A stretch of 64,000 nt of DNA from an uncultured Verrucomicrobiae bacterium (GTDB lineage Bacteria; Verrucomicrobiota; Verrucomicrobiia; Limisphaerales; Palsa-1400), in assembly GCA_963764165.1 (NCBI GenBank), contig CAVXRD010000001.1, positions 1,632,001-1,696,000 on the forward strand, read 5' to 3'. A program made the translations under genes and the position numbers. Positions within the stretch are counted from its first letter, which is position 1, and each line of letters begins with the position of its first letter. The notes beneath the pieces are model-generated. The model did no database searches, was not told where the DNA came from, and worked only from the letters and a program-made list of their open reading frames with translations. Of the stretch, positions 21,902-32,515 are shown one piece after another.

Positions 21902-22814
21902 GCGCTTCTCCTCTGTTGGTTTGGTTTAATTGCGAATCTCGGCAGGGCGAGGCTCCTGCCGAGCCATCTTCGCGGGTGTGGCTCGGCAGGAGCCTCGCCC
22001 TGCCGCGCCTGTCATTTTGGCGCACCCTACTCTTACCCGCAATATCGGCACTCCCTTCCGCATACCAGCGGTTTAGCATGCCCAGGATCGCTGTAAAATA
22101 GACGATGCACGCGGGCACCCACATCAACAAGCCGCCCAATTGCTGGTCGCGCGAAGGCGTGAGGGCCCATTCGTGTTGAATCAGCGGCAGCACACCGAGG
22201 CGATCCTGCGGATGCAAATAAATTGAGCACACTTCGACCGGCGAAAACGTAATGATAATCCCAAGCAACGTGCAGCCCAGGCAGGCGGTGACCAAATAGG
22301 CAATGCCCGTCATTGGCGAAAGGCGCTGTTCTTCCCACGGCCCGATGATGGGCCACCAAAATGCGAGACCCATTCCCATGAGCGAAGCATACTGCACGCG
22401 ATGAATCCACGGGGTGGCCACTGCGGCGTTGCACAAGGTCGGCGCATGCCAGAGCCACATGCCGCCCAAGCCAAGAATCCAGCAAACGATTGGCAGACGC
22501 GCGGTCCAATCGAGAAAGCGAAACTTTGCCGGACGCGCGCCGACCGGAATGCTCAACAAGATGAGCGGCGGAATGATCAGCAGCAGAAGAAGATGCTGCA
22601 GCATGTGCGCGCTGAAGAGATAGCCGTCCGCCAGTGTGTCCACCGGCGAGGCCAGCGTCAGAAAGAACAGCGCCAGCCCGGCCGCCAGCCATCCAGTCCG
22701 GCTGTCAAAACGAAATTTTCGACGAACCCCGTAAGCCACGGCTCCTGCGGCACAAAAGCCAACCACCCACGCGTTCCATTCCCAAGCCGATTTAAAAAAT
22801 TGCGCGGTTGTCAT
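21891..22814 (-). CDS. ctaG: Cytochrome c oxidase assembly protein CtaG (caa3 type)
   Basis: FSAHMLQHLLL, WLWHAP, DQQLGGLLMWVP; ATGA overlap with subunit I. Confidence 0.9.
   Translation of the reverse strand: MTTAQFFKSAWEWNAWVVGFCAAGAVAYGVRRKFRFDSRTGWLAAGLALFFLTLASPVDTLADGYLFSAHMLQHLLLLLIIPPLILLSIPVGARPAKFRFLDWTARLPIVCWILGLGGMWLWHAPTLCNAAVATPWIHRVQYASLMGMGLAFWWPIIGPWEEQRLSPMTGIAYLVTACLGCTLLGIIITFSPVEVCSIYLHPQDRLGVLPLIQHEWALTPSRDQQLGGLLMWVPACIVYFTAILGMLNRWYAEGSADIAGKSRVRQNDRRGRARLLPSHTREDGSAGASPCRDSQLNQTNRGEAHGH
21940..22005. repeat. REP doublet (family A) inside the ctaG 3' end
   Basis: Perfect 27-bp inverted repeat cggcagggcgaggctcctgccgagcca; related copies at 29966 and 46682. Confidence 0.9.
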
Positions 22815-25042
22815 AAAAGCGTCTTCAAATAAACCACCGAGAAAACCGCGATCCACACCACATCCACAAAATGCCAGTAAAGCCCGACGCTCTTCACGGC
22901 TTCAAATCGTCCAGTTCGGAAATCCCCCGCAAAACCAAGCCACGTCACCACCGCCAGCATTGCCAGGCCAACGCAAACGTGAATGCCGTGGAAGCCTGTC
23001 AAAGTGAAAAATGTGGTGGCAAACAAGTTTGAGTTGATGACGACTCCGTCGTGGAACAGCCGCGCGTACTCGAACCCCTGGCCAATGATGAAAATCACTC
23101 CCAGCAAAATTGTCACGAGCATCATCTTCACAAAACCTTTTTGGTTGCCTGCGAAAAGTTTTCGTTCCGCCAGCCAAAACGTGACGCTGCTCGCAAGAAG
23201 ACAAATTGTGAAAATTCCAGACTTGGCGATTTCCAGGGATTTCGCGGCGCTCGGTCCGGTCATTTCATGGCCGTTGTAATAGAGATACGCCAGAATCAAC
23301 ATCACGAAAAATGAGGCCTCGGAAATTAGAAAAGTCCCCATGCCGATTTCGTTTTTCTCCCACACTCTCGCTTTTTTCGCACTCGGCGCGCCATCTTCGG
23401 GATCGCGCCGAGCCGGGTTCGCCAAATCCCACAAGGGACGGCGGCTGCGCACTGGCGGCACGCGGTCGAAATTATGCTCCGGCGGCGGCGAAGTGGTGGC
23501 CCATTCCAACGTCCACGCCCGCCATGGATTGTCCCCCGCGGGTTCGCCGTGGCGCAGGCTCACCGCAATGTTCCAAATCAAAATGAGCACGCTGAAGCCG
23601 AGGACAAACGCGCCGACGCTGGAAACGACGTTCAAAATCCCCCATCCTGGCAAATCTGGATAGGTGTAAATGCGCCGCGTCATTCCCATCAAGCCGAGAA
23701 TGTGCTGCACGAAAAACGCGCCATTGAAACCGATGAGCGCCGTCCAAAAATTCAGCTTTCCGATTTTTTCGGAAAGCATTCTCCCGGTCATTTTCGGAAA
23801 CCAATAATATATGCCGCCGAGAATGGCGAAGAACGTTCCGCCAAAAAGCACGTAATGAAAATGCGCGACCAAATAGTAAGTGTCTGTGACCTGCCAATCA
23901 ATGGGCACGACGGCAAACGTGATTCCGCTCAAGCCGCCAACGGTAAATTGAATGAGAAAGGCCACCGCAAACATCATTGACGTTGTCAAACGAATCGCGC
24001 CGCCCCACATGGTCGCGCTCCAGGCAAAGATTTTAATCCCGGTCGGCACTGCAATCAGCATGCTGCTCGCCGCGAAAAACAAATCCATCGGATGCCCCAT
24101 GCCGACCGCGAACATGTGATGGGCCCAAACGCCAAAACTCAGCAACGCGATGGCCACCGTCGAACCAGCCACAAACTCGTAGCCAAAAATTGGCCGGCGC
24201 GAAAAGACCGGGACGATTTCCGAAATGATTCCGAAAGCCGGCAGCGCAAGGATGTAAACTTCGGGATGGCCAAAGGCCCAAAAGAAATGCTGCCATAATA
24301 TCACTGACCCGCCGTGCGCCGCCGTGAAGAAATGCGCTCCGAGCTGGCGGTCGATCAGCAGCATGATGATGTCCGCGTTCAAGGCGGGCATGGCCAGGAT
24401 GATCAGGAACGAATTGATCAAAATCATCCACACGAACAACGGCAGGCGCTTGATTGTCAAACCCGGCGGACGCAGCGTGAAAATGGTGGCGACCAGATTT
24501 ACGGAGGCGGCGACCGACCCGATTCCCAACACCAGCAGCGCAAGCACCCAAAAATCCACTCCCTGCGTCGACGCAAACGGCGTCTCGCTCAGCGGCGCGT
24601 AGCTGAACCATCCCACCGCGGGCGCGCCGCCGACCAGCAGGCTGAAGTGCAGCAGAAATCCGCCGCACGGCAGCAGCCAATAACCGAGCGCGTTGAGCCG
24701 CGGAAACGCCATGTCGCGCGCGCCGATCATCAGCGGCACCAAATAATTGGCCAGCCCGATGAGCGCCGGCATGACGACCAGAAAAATCATGGTCGTGCCG
24801 TGCATCGTGAAGAGCTGATTGAAGGCGTCTGGAGAGAGAAAATGATTATTAGGGCGGATCAATTGAATCCGAAGCAGCAACGCTTCCGCGCCGCCGACAA
24901 GCAGGAAAAACATCGCCGTCAACAAATACAATATCCCCACGCGCTTGTGATCGACCGTCGCCACCCATCCGAACAAGCCGTGGTGGAGGCTGGCTTTCTC
25001 CGCGGCTTCGGCGTTTTCCTGCGCTGGGGCCATCGCGCTCAT
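22811..25042 (-). CDS. ctaD: Cytochrome c oxidase subunit I fused to subunit III (A1 type)
   Basis: HGTTMIF, GHPEVY, WAHHMF, HFHYV; then FLISEA, TGFHGIHV, YWHFVDVVW. Confidence 0.95.
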   Translation of the reverse strand: MSAMAPAQENAEAAEKASLHHGLFGWVATVDHKRVGILYLLTAMFFLLVGGAEALLLRIQLIRPNNHFLSPDAFNQLFTMHGTTMIFLVVMPALIGLANYLVPLMIGARDMAFPRLNALGYWLLPCGGFLLHFSLLVGGAPAVGWFSYAPLSETPFASTQGVDFWVLALLVLGIGSVAASVNLVATIFTLRPPGLTIKRLPLFVWMILINSFLIILAMPALNADIIMLLIDRQLGAHFFTAAHGGSVILWQHFFWAFGHPEVYILALPAFGIISEIVPVFSRRPIFGYEFVAGSTVAIALLSFGVWAHHMFAVGMGHPMDLFFAASSMLIAVPTGIKIFAWSATMWGGAIRLTTSMMFAVAFLIQFTVGGLSGITFAVVPIDWQVTDTYYLVAHFHYVLFGGTFFAILGGIYYWFPKMTGRMLSEKIGKLNFWTALIGFNGAFFVQHILGLMGMTRRIYTYPDLPGWGILNVVSSVGAFVLGFSVLILIWNIAVSLRHGEPAGDNPWRAWTLEWATTSPPPEHNFDRVPPVRSRRPLWDLANPARRDPEDGAPSAKKARVWEKNEIGMGTFLISEASFFVMLILAYLYYNGHEMTGPSAAKSLEIAKSGIFTICLLASSVTFWLAERKLFAGNQKGFVKMMLVTILLGVIFIIGQGFEYARLFHDGVVINSNLFATTFFTLTGFHGIHVCVGLAMLAVVTWLGFAGDFRTGRFEAVKSVGLYWHFVDVVWIAVFSVVYLKTLL

Positions 25043-25974
25043 TTGAGAGTGGCGAGGTATTGCGCCAGCGCGTTGGCATCGGCGTCCGTCAGATTCAAAT
25101 TCGGCATGAGGCACGCAGGCTTGATGGATTGCGGATCCTTCAGCCAGCGATACAGATTTGTTTCCGTGATTGGCAAAATTCCAGCACCCAAATTTTTCCG
25201 CCCCGCAACGTGCGTCAAATCAGGCGCTGCCGTTGATATCCCTGAGACACCGCGAATCGTGTGGCAATTGATGCATGTTTTGTCCTGGAACGTTTTCAAA
25301 CCTTGTTCCAAAACTCCCGACGACGACGCCTGCGCCGGGGCCGATTGCGCGCGCAGCCATTCGTTGAATTTATCGGGAGGATCGGCCACGACGAGAAAGC
25401 GCATCCACGAATGCTGCGCGCCGCAATACTCGGCACAGGTGCCGTCGTAAGTCCCCGGCGACTGCGCGGAAAGCCAGAGATAATTGGTGAGGCCGGGAAC
25501 GACGTCGATTTTTCCGCCCAGTCGCGCCACCCAAAAATCGTGAATTACGTCGGCCGATTCCAATTGCACCAGCCAGTTGCTTCCAACGGGAATGTGGATT
25601 TCATTGGCCACGACTGCCGAAGAATCTGGATAGCGCGCCTCCCACCACCACTGATGGCTCACGACAATCAGATCCGGTTTGTCTTTTGCGGGCGGATCGG
25701 ACAAACGCATTCCCCGGGCTGTCAAGACGAACAAACCGGCGACGATCAGGGTCGGGACAGCCGTCCAGGCGATTTCCAAATTGCGATTGCCAAAATACGA
25801 GGGAGGATCCTCCGCGCCTTCACGATGGCGAAAGCGAATCAAACAAACAGCGATCAACCCCGCCACAATCGCCAGAATCACCGCGCAAACCGCCAAGGTC
25901 CCAATAAAAACATCCGATATCGCCGCCGCCTGCGCCGACGCAGGGTCGAACATCGGACTGATGGCCTTCAGCAT
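25039..25974 (-). CDS. ctaC: Cytochrome c oxidase subunit II with fused cytochrome c (caa3)
   Basis: HQWWW, DVIHDFW, CAEYCGAQHSWM CuA site, CINCH. Confidence 0.95.
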   Translation of the reverse strand: MLKAISPMFDPASAQAAAISDVFIGTLAVCAVILAIVAGLIAVCLIRFRHREGAEDPPSYFGNRNLEIAWTAVPTLIVAGLFVLTARGMRLSDPPAKDKPDLIVVSHQWWWEARYPDSSAVVANEIHIPVGSNWLVQLESADVIHDFWVARLGGKIDVVPGLTNYLWLSAQSPGTYDGTCAEYCGAQHSWMRFLVVADPPDKFNEWLRAQSAPAQASSSGVLEQGLKTFQDKTCINCHTIRGVSGISTAAPDLTHVAGRKNLGAGILPITETNLYRWLKDPQSIKPACLMPNLNLTDADANALAQYLATLK

Positions 25975-25986
25975 TTTGGCTATGGG

Positions 25987-26673
25987 TTAAACGATGACGC
26001 GCTTTGGTTGTTTGGTGTGAGTCCACAGGCGGAGGCCGCCGCGAAACGCATTCGCGTTATCGCCGAGGCGGGCGCCAGGGGGGAGTTTCTTCAAAAGCCG
26101 CGCGTTGCCTCCGCCCAGAACAACGTAATCCGCTTCGAGGGCGGCTTTGAGTTTCTTGGTGACATCCGCGACGTAGTGGCGCCATTTCTTTTTTCCGTAG
26201 TGCTCCAATCCCGCCAGCCCAAGGTAATCCTCGTATGTCTTGCCTTTGCGATATGTCATGTGCGCCAACTCCATCGCTTCAAGAACGCCATCCACGATCA
26301 TGGCTGAACCGAGCCCGGTGCCAAGCCCTAAAAAAAGCATCCGCCTCCCCTGGTAACTGCCGACCGCCTGCATTGCGGCATCATTGATAATCTTGACCGG
26401 ACACTTGAACGCCCTTTGAAAACGGAACCCAATCCAACCCGCCCCCAAATTGTGAGGCTCTGCGGCAATGTGGTTGTGAAAGACCGTCCCGGGATAGCCA
26501 ATGGTGATGACATCGTATTTCCAACCGCGCGTCAGCTTTTTGACAGCAGCCACCATTTTTTTTGCTGTCATCTTCTTGCCCGAGGGAATTTCCACTCGCT
26601 CGGGATGCTCGGTCGAACGCACTTTGATGTGCGTGCCGCCGACGTCTATGACCATGATTTTCATCGCGCCCAT
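25987..26673 (-). CDS. ROK family (polyphosphate) glucokinase
   Basis: IDVGGTHIK, INDAAMQA, LGLGTGLGSA, ELAH. Confidence 0.85.
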   Translation of the reverse strand: MGAMKIMVIDVGGTHIKVRSTEHPERVEIPSGKKMTAKKMVAAVKKLTRGWKYDVITIGYPGTVFHNHIAAEPHNLGAGWIGFRFQRAFKCPVKIINDAAMQAVGSYQGRRMLFLGLGTGLGSAMIVDGVLEAMELAHMTYRKGKTYEDYLGLAGLEHYGKKKWRHYVADVTKKLKAALEADYVVLGGGNARLLKKLPPGARLGDNANAFRGGLRLWTHTKQPKRVIV

Positions 26674-26676
26674 ATC

Positions 26677-28215
26677 CTAGGAAATTTTCTTCGGAACCGT
26701 TTTCTTCGGCGACAGTTCCGTTGGCAGCGGCCAGCTATGCCCGCAATCCATCAAGCCCTGCGCCGCCTCCGGCCCCCATGAACCTGCGGCGTAATTCGGA
26801 AAATCGCCCGGCGGCGCGGCCGACCACACGTCGATGAGCGGCATCAGAATCTGCCATGCCGCCTCGACTTGATCGTTCCGCATGAACAGCAGCGGGTCGT
26901 TTTTCATGATATCCCACAGCAGCGTCTCGTAGGCGTCCGGCGATTTTGTCTCGAAGGCGTCCTGGTAATTGAACTTCATCTCGACCGAGCGCAAATGCAT
27001 TTTCGGGCCGGGATGCTTCGCCTGAAATCGCAGGACGATGCCCTCATCCGGCTGGATGGAAATTGTCAGGCGCGAGGGCTGCCAGTCAAGCGTGCATTCG
27101 GTGGGAAAAGCCTGGTGCGGAACGCCGCGAAATTGAATGGTGATCTCCGAAGCCTGCCGCGCGAGGCGTTTGCCGGTGCGCAAATAAAACGGCACCTCCT
27201 GCCAGCGCCAATTATCGATGAAAAGTTTCAGAGCGACAAATGTCTCGGTTTGCGAATCCGGCGCGACGCCCTCTTCCTGCCGATAGCCGGGAACTTTTTT
27301 GCCATCGGTCACCCCGGGGCCGTATTGTCCGCGCACGGCCGAGCCGTGGACGGATTCAGCGGTCAGCGGGCGCACGGCGTGCAGGACATCCACCTTTTTG
27401 TTGCGGATTTCGTCGGCGGTGAAGGAAATCATCGGTTCCATCGCAACGAGGCACATCAATTGCATCAAGTGATTTTGCACCATGTCTCGCAGTGCGCCCG
27501 CGTGCTCGTAATAGCCCCCGCGATGCTCCACGCCGACCGTTTCCGCGGCGGTGATCGTCACGTATTCCACGTAGCGCCGGTTCCAAATCGGCTCGAACAG
27601 CGGATTGGCAAAGCGAAAGGCGAGAATGTTCTGCACCGTTTCTTTGCCAAGATAATGGTCAATGCGAAAAATCTGTTTTTCGTCGAAATTCCGGCCAAGC
27701 GTTTCATTCAATTTCTTCGCCGACTCAAGGTCATAGCCAATCGGCTTTTCGCAGACAATGCGCGAAGTTTCCAATCCCTTCGAAAGCCCTGCTTTGCCGA
27801 GAAAATTTGGAATTTCACCAAACATGCTCGGGGGCGTTGCCATATAGAAAATCCGATGCGTCTCCGCGCCCCATTCTTTTTCAAATTTGTCGCATTGCGC
27901 CCCAAGCGCGGTATAAGTCGGAAGCTTGGTAAAATCGCCCTGCATGTAAAAAATATGCTCGGCGAATTGGTTCCACGCTTTCCCTGCTTTCGAGCCGGTG
28001 CGCGAGAATTTTTTCACGCCTTCGTGCAGGCGCTGCCGCAATTTTTGGTCGCTCATGCTCGCGCGATCGACGGCGAGGATGGCGAACTTCTCGGGCATGC
28101 TGCGATCCTGCGCGAGGTCGAACAGAGCGGGGCCCAATTTCCTCCAGGTCAAATCGCCTCCGCCGCCGAAAATGACAAAAATGGTGGGAGCGGGTTGATC
28201 GCTGGATTTATTCAT
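26677..28215 (-). CDS. zwf: Glucose-6-phosphate dehydrogenase
   Basis: [28 protein letters not shown]. Confidence 0.97.
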   Translation of the reverse strand: MNKSSDQPAPTIFVIFGGGGDLTWRKLGPALFDLAQDRSMPEKFAILAVDRASMSDQKLRQRLHEGVKKFSRTGSKAGKAWNQFAEHIFYMQGDFTKLPTYTALGAQCDKFEKEWGAETHRIFYMATPPSMFGEIPNFLGKAGLSKGLETSRIVCEKPIGYDLESAKKLNETLGRNFDEKQIFRIDHYLGKETVQNILAFRFANPLFEPIWNRRYVEYVTITAAETVGVEHRGGYYEHAGALRDMVQNHLMQLMCLVAMEPMISFTADEIRNKKVDVLHAVRPLTAESVHGSAVRGQYGPGVTDGKKVPGYRQEEGVAPDSQTETFVALKLFIDNWRWQEVPFYLRTGKRLARQASEITIQFRGVPHQAFPTECTLDWQPSRLTISIQPDEGIVLRFQAKHPGPKMHLRSVEMKFNYQDAFETKSPDAYETLLWDIMKNDPLLFMRNDQVEAAWQILMPLIDVWSAAPPGDFPNYAAGSWGPEAAQGLMDCGHSWPLPTELSPKKTVPKKIS

Positions 28216-28218
28216 GGG

Positions 28219-29880
28219 TCATCGTTTCTGCCCGCCGGCCAGCGCATCGCTGACAATGGTTTGGGCTTCTCCCAAAATCTGGCGCAAATGTTCCGCGCTG
28301 CGGAAACTCTCGGCGTAAATTTTGTAAATATTTTCCGTGCCGGAAGGGCGGGCGGCGAACCATCCGTTTTGCGTGGACACTTTCAAGCCGCCGATGGCTG
28401 CGCCGTTGCCGGGGGCGGTCGTCAGCACGTTTTCGATTTTCTCGCCGGCCAATTCCTGGCTCTTGACCTGCTCGGGCGAAAGTTTTGAGAGGAGTGTCTT
28501 TTGCTCTGGAGTGGCCGAAGCTTCGACTCGATCGTAAAACGGTTCGCCGAATTCGCCCGTTAGCGTCTTGTAAATTTGGCCGGGATCCGCGCCAAGCTTC
28601 GATGTAATTTCCGCCGCGAGAAGGCATGGAATCAGGCCATCTTTGTCCGTCGTCCACGCGCCGCCCTTGCGCCGGATGAAGGTCGCGCCCGCGCTTTCCT
28701 CTCCCGCAAATCCGAGCGTTCCACCGATGAGTCCTTCGACGAACCACTTGAAACCGACCGGAAATTCAATGAGCTTGCGATTCAATTTCTTGGCGATGCG
28801 GTCGATCATCCCACTGCTCACCAGCGTCTTGCCAACGCCGACAGACACAGACCACTCCGGTCGGTTTTGGAAAAGATAAAATATGGCCACCGCCAGATAA
28901 TGATTTGTCGGCATCAATCCGACGCTCTTGGTTACGATGCCATGGCGGTCGTGGTCGGTGTCGCACCCGAAAGCGAGATCGAAGCGATCCTTCATGCCGA
29001 TCAACCGGCGCATGGCATACGAGGACGAAGGATCCATGCGAATCTGTCCGTCCCAATCGAGCGTCATGAAACGGAATGTCGGATCCACTTCCTCGCTCAC
29101 CACTGTCAAATTCAAACCATATTTCTCCGCGATGCGCCTCCAGTAACGAACACCCGCCCCGCCCAGCGGGTCAGCGCCCAGATTCAATTTCGATCCGCGC
29201 ACCGCATCCAGGTCGACCACCGCCGCGAGATCGGAAATGTAGGCCGTTGCATAATCGTGGCGATGGGTGGTCGGAGCCTTCAAAGCGCGAGCCAATGGAA
29301 TTCGCTTGATGCTGTCAAACGAACTTTCAAGAATTTCGTTGGCGCGCTTTTCGATCCACCCTGTCGCCGTTGAAGCGGCCGGGCCGCCATCGGTGCCGTT
29401 GTACTTGAATCCGCCGTCCTGCGGCGGATTGTGCGATGGCGTGATGACAATGCCATCCGCCAATCCATCTTTGCGCCCGGCGTTGTAAGTGAGGATTGCG
29501 TGCGAAACCGCAGGCGTTGGTGTGTATTCGCCTTCCTCGGCGATCATCACATTGACACCATTGGCGGCCAGGACTTCCAGAGCGGTGGCCGCCGCCGGGA
29601 TCGAAAGCGGGTGGGTGTCGATTCCCAAAAACAACGGACCGTTCGTGCCCTGCTGGCTGCGATACTGGCAGATGGCCTGCGTGATGGCCAAAATGTGATT
29701 TTCGTTGAACGAGGTGTTCAGCGAAGTGCCGCGATGGCCGGAGGTGCCGAAGGCTACGCGCTGCGCGCGCACGCCCAGGTCTGGCGCGTCTGTATAATAT
29801 GCGGTGACGAGCTTGGAAACGTTGACCAACATTCCCGGCTCCGGCAATTTCCCTGCAAGAGGACTTATATTTGAACTCAT
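28219..29880 (-). CDS. pgm: Phosphoglucomutase
   Basis: FGTSGHRG, TPSHNP, DTDHDRHG, GEESAG, RPSGTE. Confidence 0.97.
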   Translation of the reverse strand: MSSNISPLAGKLPEPGMLVNVSKLVTAYYTDAPDLGVRAQRVAFGTSGHRGTSLNTSFNENHILAITQAICQYRSQQGTNGPLFLGIDTHPLSIPAAATALEVLAANGVNVMIAEEGEYTPTPAVSHAILTYNAGRKDGLADGIVITPSHNPPQDGGFKYNGTDGGPAASTATGWIEKRANEILESSFDSIKRIPLARALKAPTTHRHDYATAYISDLAAVVDLDAVRGSKLNLGADPLGGAGVRYWRRIAEKYGLNLTVVSEEVDPTFRFMTLDWDGQIRMDPSSSYAMRRLIGMKDRFDLAFGCDTDHDRHGIVTKSVGLMPTNHYLAVAIFYLFQNRPEWSVSVGVGKTLVSSGMIDRIAKKLNRKLIEFPVGFKWFVEGLIGGTLGFAGEESAGATFIRRKGGAWTTDKDGLIPCLLAAEITSKLGADPGQIYKTLTGEFGEPFYDRVEASATPEQKTLLSKLSPEQVKSQELAGEKIENVLTTAPGNGAAIGGLKVSTQNGWFAARPSGTENIYKIYAESFRSAEHLRQILGEAQTIVSDALAGGQKR

Positions 29881-29965
29881 TCCACCCTTACGCTGCGCGA
29901 AACACTATGCGCGGGAGGCTTCTCCCCGGCACATAGGGTGTTCGCCTAATTACTGTTCGACCAGT

Positions 29966-30035
29966 CGGTAGGGCCAGGCTCCTGCCGAGCCGTCCGCCGC
30001 GCGGAAGATGGCTCGGCAGAAGCCGGGCCCTACCG
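29966..30035. repeat. GTAG REP doublet (family A)
   Basis: cggtagggccaggctcctgccgagcc...ggctcggcagaagccgggccctaccg. Confidence 0.88.
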
Positions 30036-30065
30036 CAACTCGGCCTTCCTAGATCCATCGTCAAA

Positions 30066-32501
30066 TTAAGTTGACTGGCCCGCTGAGGATTCCGCGACCG
30101 AGGATTTATTGCGAGATTTTTTTGAAACATCAGCGGCGGGCGTCGACCATTTCCAATTGCGAATCTCCGGCAAATCCTGGCCGTTCGTCTGGATGTAATG
30201 GCGATGCTCGGTCAATTTATCCCTAAGCATTTGCTTGAGGTAAACGCCCTTGTCGCCCGTTCGCGGAACGCGATCAACGACATCCATCACGAGATGGAAT
30301 CGATCCAATTCGTTCAGCACCGTCATGTCGAATGGGGTTGTAATGGTGCCCTCTTCCTTGTAGCCACGAACATGGATGTTGTGGTGGTTGGTGCGGCGAT
30401 AGGTCAGGCGATGAATCAACCAGGGATAAGCGTGAAACGCAAATATCACCGGTTTGTCCTTTGTGAAATAGGCGTCGAAATCCATATCGGTCAGCCCATG
30501 CGGATGTTCCGACTTCGGCTGCAGTTTCATCAAGTCAACCACATTGACCACGCGAATTTTCAATTTCGGCAGATGCTCGCGCAAAATCGAAACCGCGCCC
30601 AGCGTCTCCAACGTTGGCACATCGCCGCAGCAGGCCATGACGACATCTGGCGAAGTTTCCTGGTCGTTGCTGGCCCAGCTCCAGATGCCAATGCCTTCCG
30701 TGCAATGTTTGACAGCGGCATCCATCGTGAGCCACTGCGGCGCGGGATGCTTGCCGGCGACGACCACGTTGACGTAGTGCCGGCTGCGCAAGCAGTGATC
30801 CATAACCGAAAGCAGGCAGTTGGCGTCGGGAGGGAGATAAACGCGCACCACTTCCGCCTTTTTATTGACAACGTGATCGAGAAAACCGGGGTCTTGATGC
30901 GTGAAGCCGTTATGGTCCTGCCGCCAGACGTGCGAGGCCAGCAGGTAATTCAGCGAAGCAATGCGCCGCCGCCACGGAAGCCCCGCTGTCACCTTCAACC
31001 ATTTGGCGTGCTGGTTGAACATGGAATCCACAATGTGAATGAAGGCCTCGTAGCAATTGAACAAACCGTGCCGGCCGGTCAGAAGATAGCCTTCAAGCCA
31101 GCCTTCGCATTGATGCTCGCTCAAGACTTCCATGACGCGTCCCGCGCGCGCCAGCGCTTCGTCGCCGGGCACAGTCGAGCCTTCCCATTGCCGGGAGGTC
31201 ACTTCAAATATTTTGCCGAGGCCGTTGGAAATGGTTTCGTCCGGGCCGAACAGCCGGAAATTTTTCTGCTCCATGTTGAATTTCGCAACATCGCGGACAA
31301 ACGGCGCAAGGACGCGCGTATCGCCAATGCCCGTGATGCCGGGGGCAGAAACTTCCACTGCGTAATTGCGAAATTCCGGCATGCGCAGGTCCCGCAGCAA
31401 AATCCCTCCGTTGGCGTGCGGATTTGAGCCCATGCGGCGCTCGCCTTTCGGAGCGAGTTCGGCTAATTCGGATCTCAAGCGGCCCTGGTCGTCGAAAAAT
31501 TCCTCCGGGCGGTAACTGCGCAGCCAGTCTTCCAGCAATTTCAAGTGGCCGGGATGCGTGACCGGATCGGCCAGCGGCACTTGGTGCGAACGAAACGTCC
31601 CTTCAATTTGCAGCCCGTCAACAACCTTCGGGCCGGTCCAGCCCTTGGGCGAATTTAAGATAATCATCGGCCAGCGCGGACGCTCGGTGTTGCCGTTTTC
31701 ACGGGCGGCTTTCTGGATTTCCTTGATTTTCTCCACAGCGGAATCGAGCGCAGCCGCCATCGCCGCGTGCATTTTTTCCGGCTCGTGGCCTTCGACAAAA
31801 ATCGGCACCCAGCCGCAGCCGCGAAAGAATTGCTCCAATTCCTCGCGCGTGATGCGCGCAAAAATCGTCGGATTGGCGATCTTGTAGCCGTTGAGATGAA
31901 GAATCGGCAGCACCGCGCCGTCGTTGGCGGGATCGAGAAATTTATTCGAGTGCCAGGCGGTGGCGAGCGGGCCGGTCTCCGCCTCGCCGTCGCCGACGAC
32001 GCAGGCTACCATCAAGCCGGGATTGTCAAATACTGCGCCGAAGGAATGGCTCAATGAATATCCAAGCTCCCCGCCTTCGTGAATTGATCCCGGCGTCTCC
32101 GGGGAAGCGTGGCTGGGAATGCCGCCGGGAAAGGAAAATTGCAGGAACAGTTTGCGCAACCCCTCTTCATCCTGGCTGATGTTGGGATAAATTTCGCTGT
32201 AAGTGCCCTCAAGATAAGTGTGGCTCACCACCGCCGGACCGCCATGGCCGGGGCCGGAAACGTAAATCATGTCCAAATCATATTTCTTGATGATACGGTT
32301 CAAGTGCGTGTAAATGAAATTCTGGCCCGGCGTCGTCCCCCAATGGCCCAGCAGCATGTGTTTGACGTCGCCGTTCTGCAGCGGCCGCTTGAGAAGCGGG
32401 TTGTCATAAAGGAAAATTTGCCCGACGGACAAATAATTGGAGGCGCGCCAATACGCGTCCATTTTTTGAAGCAGTTCCGGTTGTAGTGTGTTTGTTTCCA
32501 T
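30066..32501 (-). CDS. xfp: Phosphoketolase (XFP family)
   Basis: [44 protein letters not shown]. Confidence 0.97.
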   Translation of the reverse strand: METNTLQPELLQKMDAYWRASNYLSVGQIFLYDNPLLKRPLQNGDVKHMLLGHWGTTPGQNFIYTHLNRIIKKYDLDMIYVSGPGHGGPAVVSHTYLEGTYSEIYPNISQDEEGLRKLFLQFSFPGGIPSHASPETPGSIHEGGELGYSLSHSFGAVFDNPGLMVACVVGDGEAETGPLATAWHSNKFLDPANDGAVLPILHLNGYKIANPTIFARITREELEQFFRGCGWVPIFVEGHEPEKMHAAMAAALDSAVEKIKEIQKAARENGNTERPRWPMIILNSPKGWTGPKVVDGLQIEGTFRSHQVPLADPVTHPGHLKLLEDWLRSYRPEEFFDDQGRLRSELAELAPKGERRMGSNPHANGGILLRDLRMPEFRNYAVEVSAPGITGIGDTRVLAPFVRDVAKFNMEQKNFRLFGPDETISNGLGKIFEVTSRQWEGSTVPGDEALARAGRVMEVLSEHQCEGWLEGYLLTGRHGLFNCYEAFIHIVDSMFNQHAKWLKVTAGLPWRRRIASLNYLLASHVWRQDHNGFTHQDPGFLDHVVNKKAEVVRVYLPPDANCLLSVMDHCLRSRHYVNVVVAGKHPAPQWLTMDAAVKHCTEGIGIWSWASNDQETSPDVVMACCGDVPTLETLGAVSILREHLPKLKIRVVNVVDLMKLQPKSEHPHGLTDMDFDAYFTKDKPVIFAFHAYPWLIHRLTYRRTNHHNIHVRGYKEEGTITTPFDMTVLNELDRFHLVMDVVDRVPRTGDKGVYLKQMLRDKLTEHRHYIQTNGQDLPEIRNWKWSTPAADVSKKSRNKSSVAESSAGQST

Positions 32502-32515
32502 AAGTCTCAATTTCA

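Noticed and set aside
26869..28488. 539-aa + strand ORF
   Set aside because: Antisense shadow of zwf/pgm, typical of high-GC codon bias; no motifs.
29934..29949. tagg-N7-ccta dyad upstream of pgm
   Set aside because: Single short occurrence with no clear second copy; insufficient support as an operator.
29888..30130. 80-aa ORF with GRARLLPSH
   Set aside because: Translation of the REP doublet.
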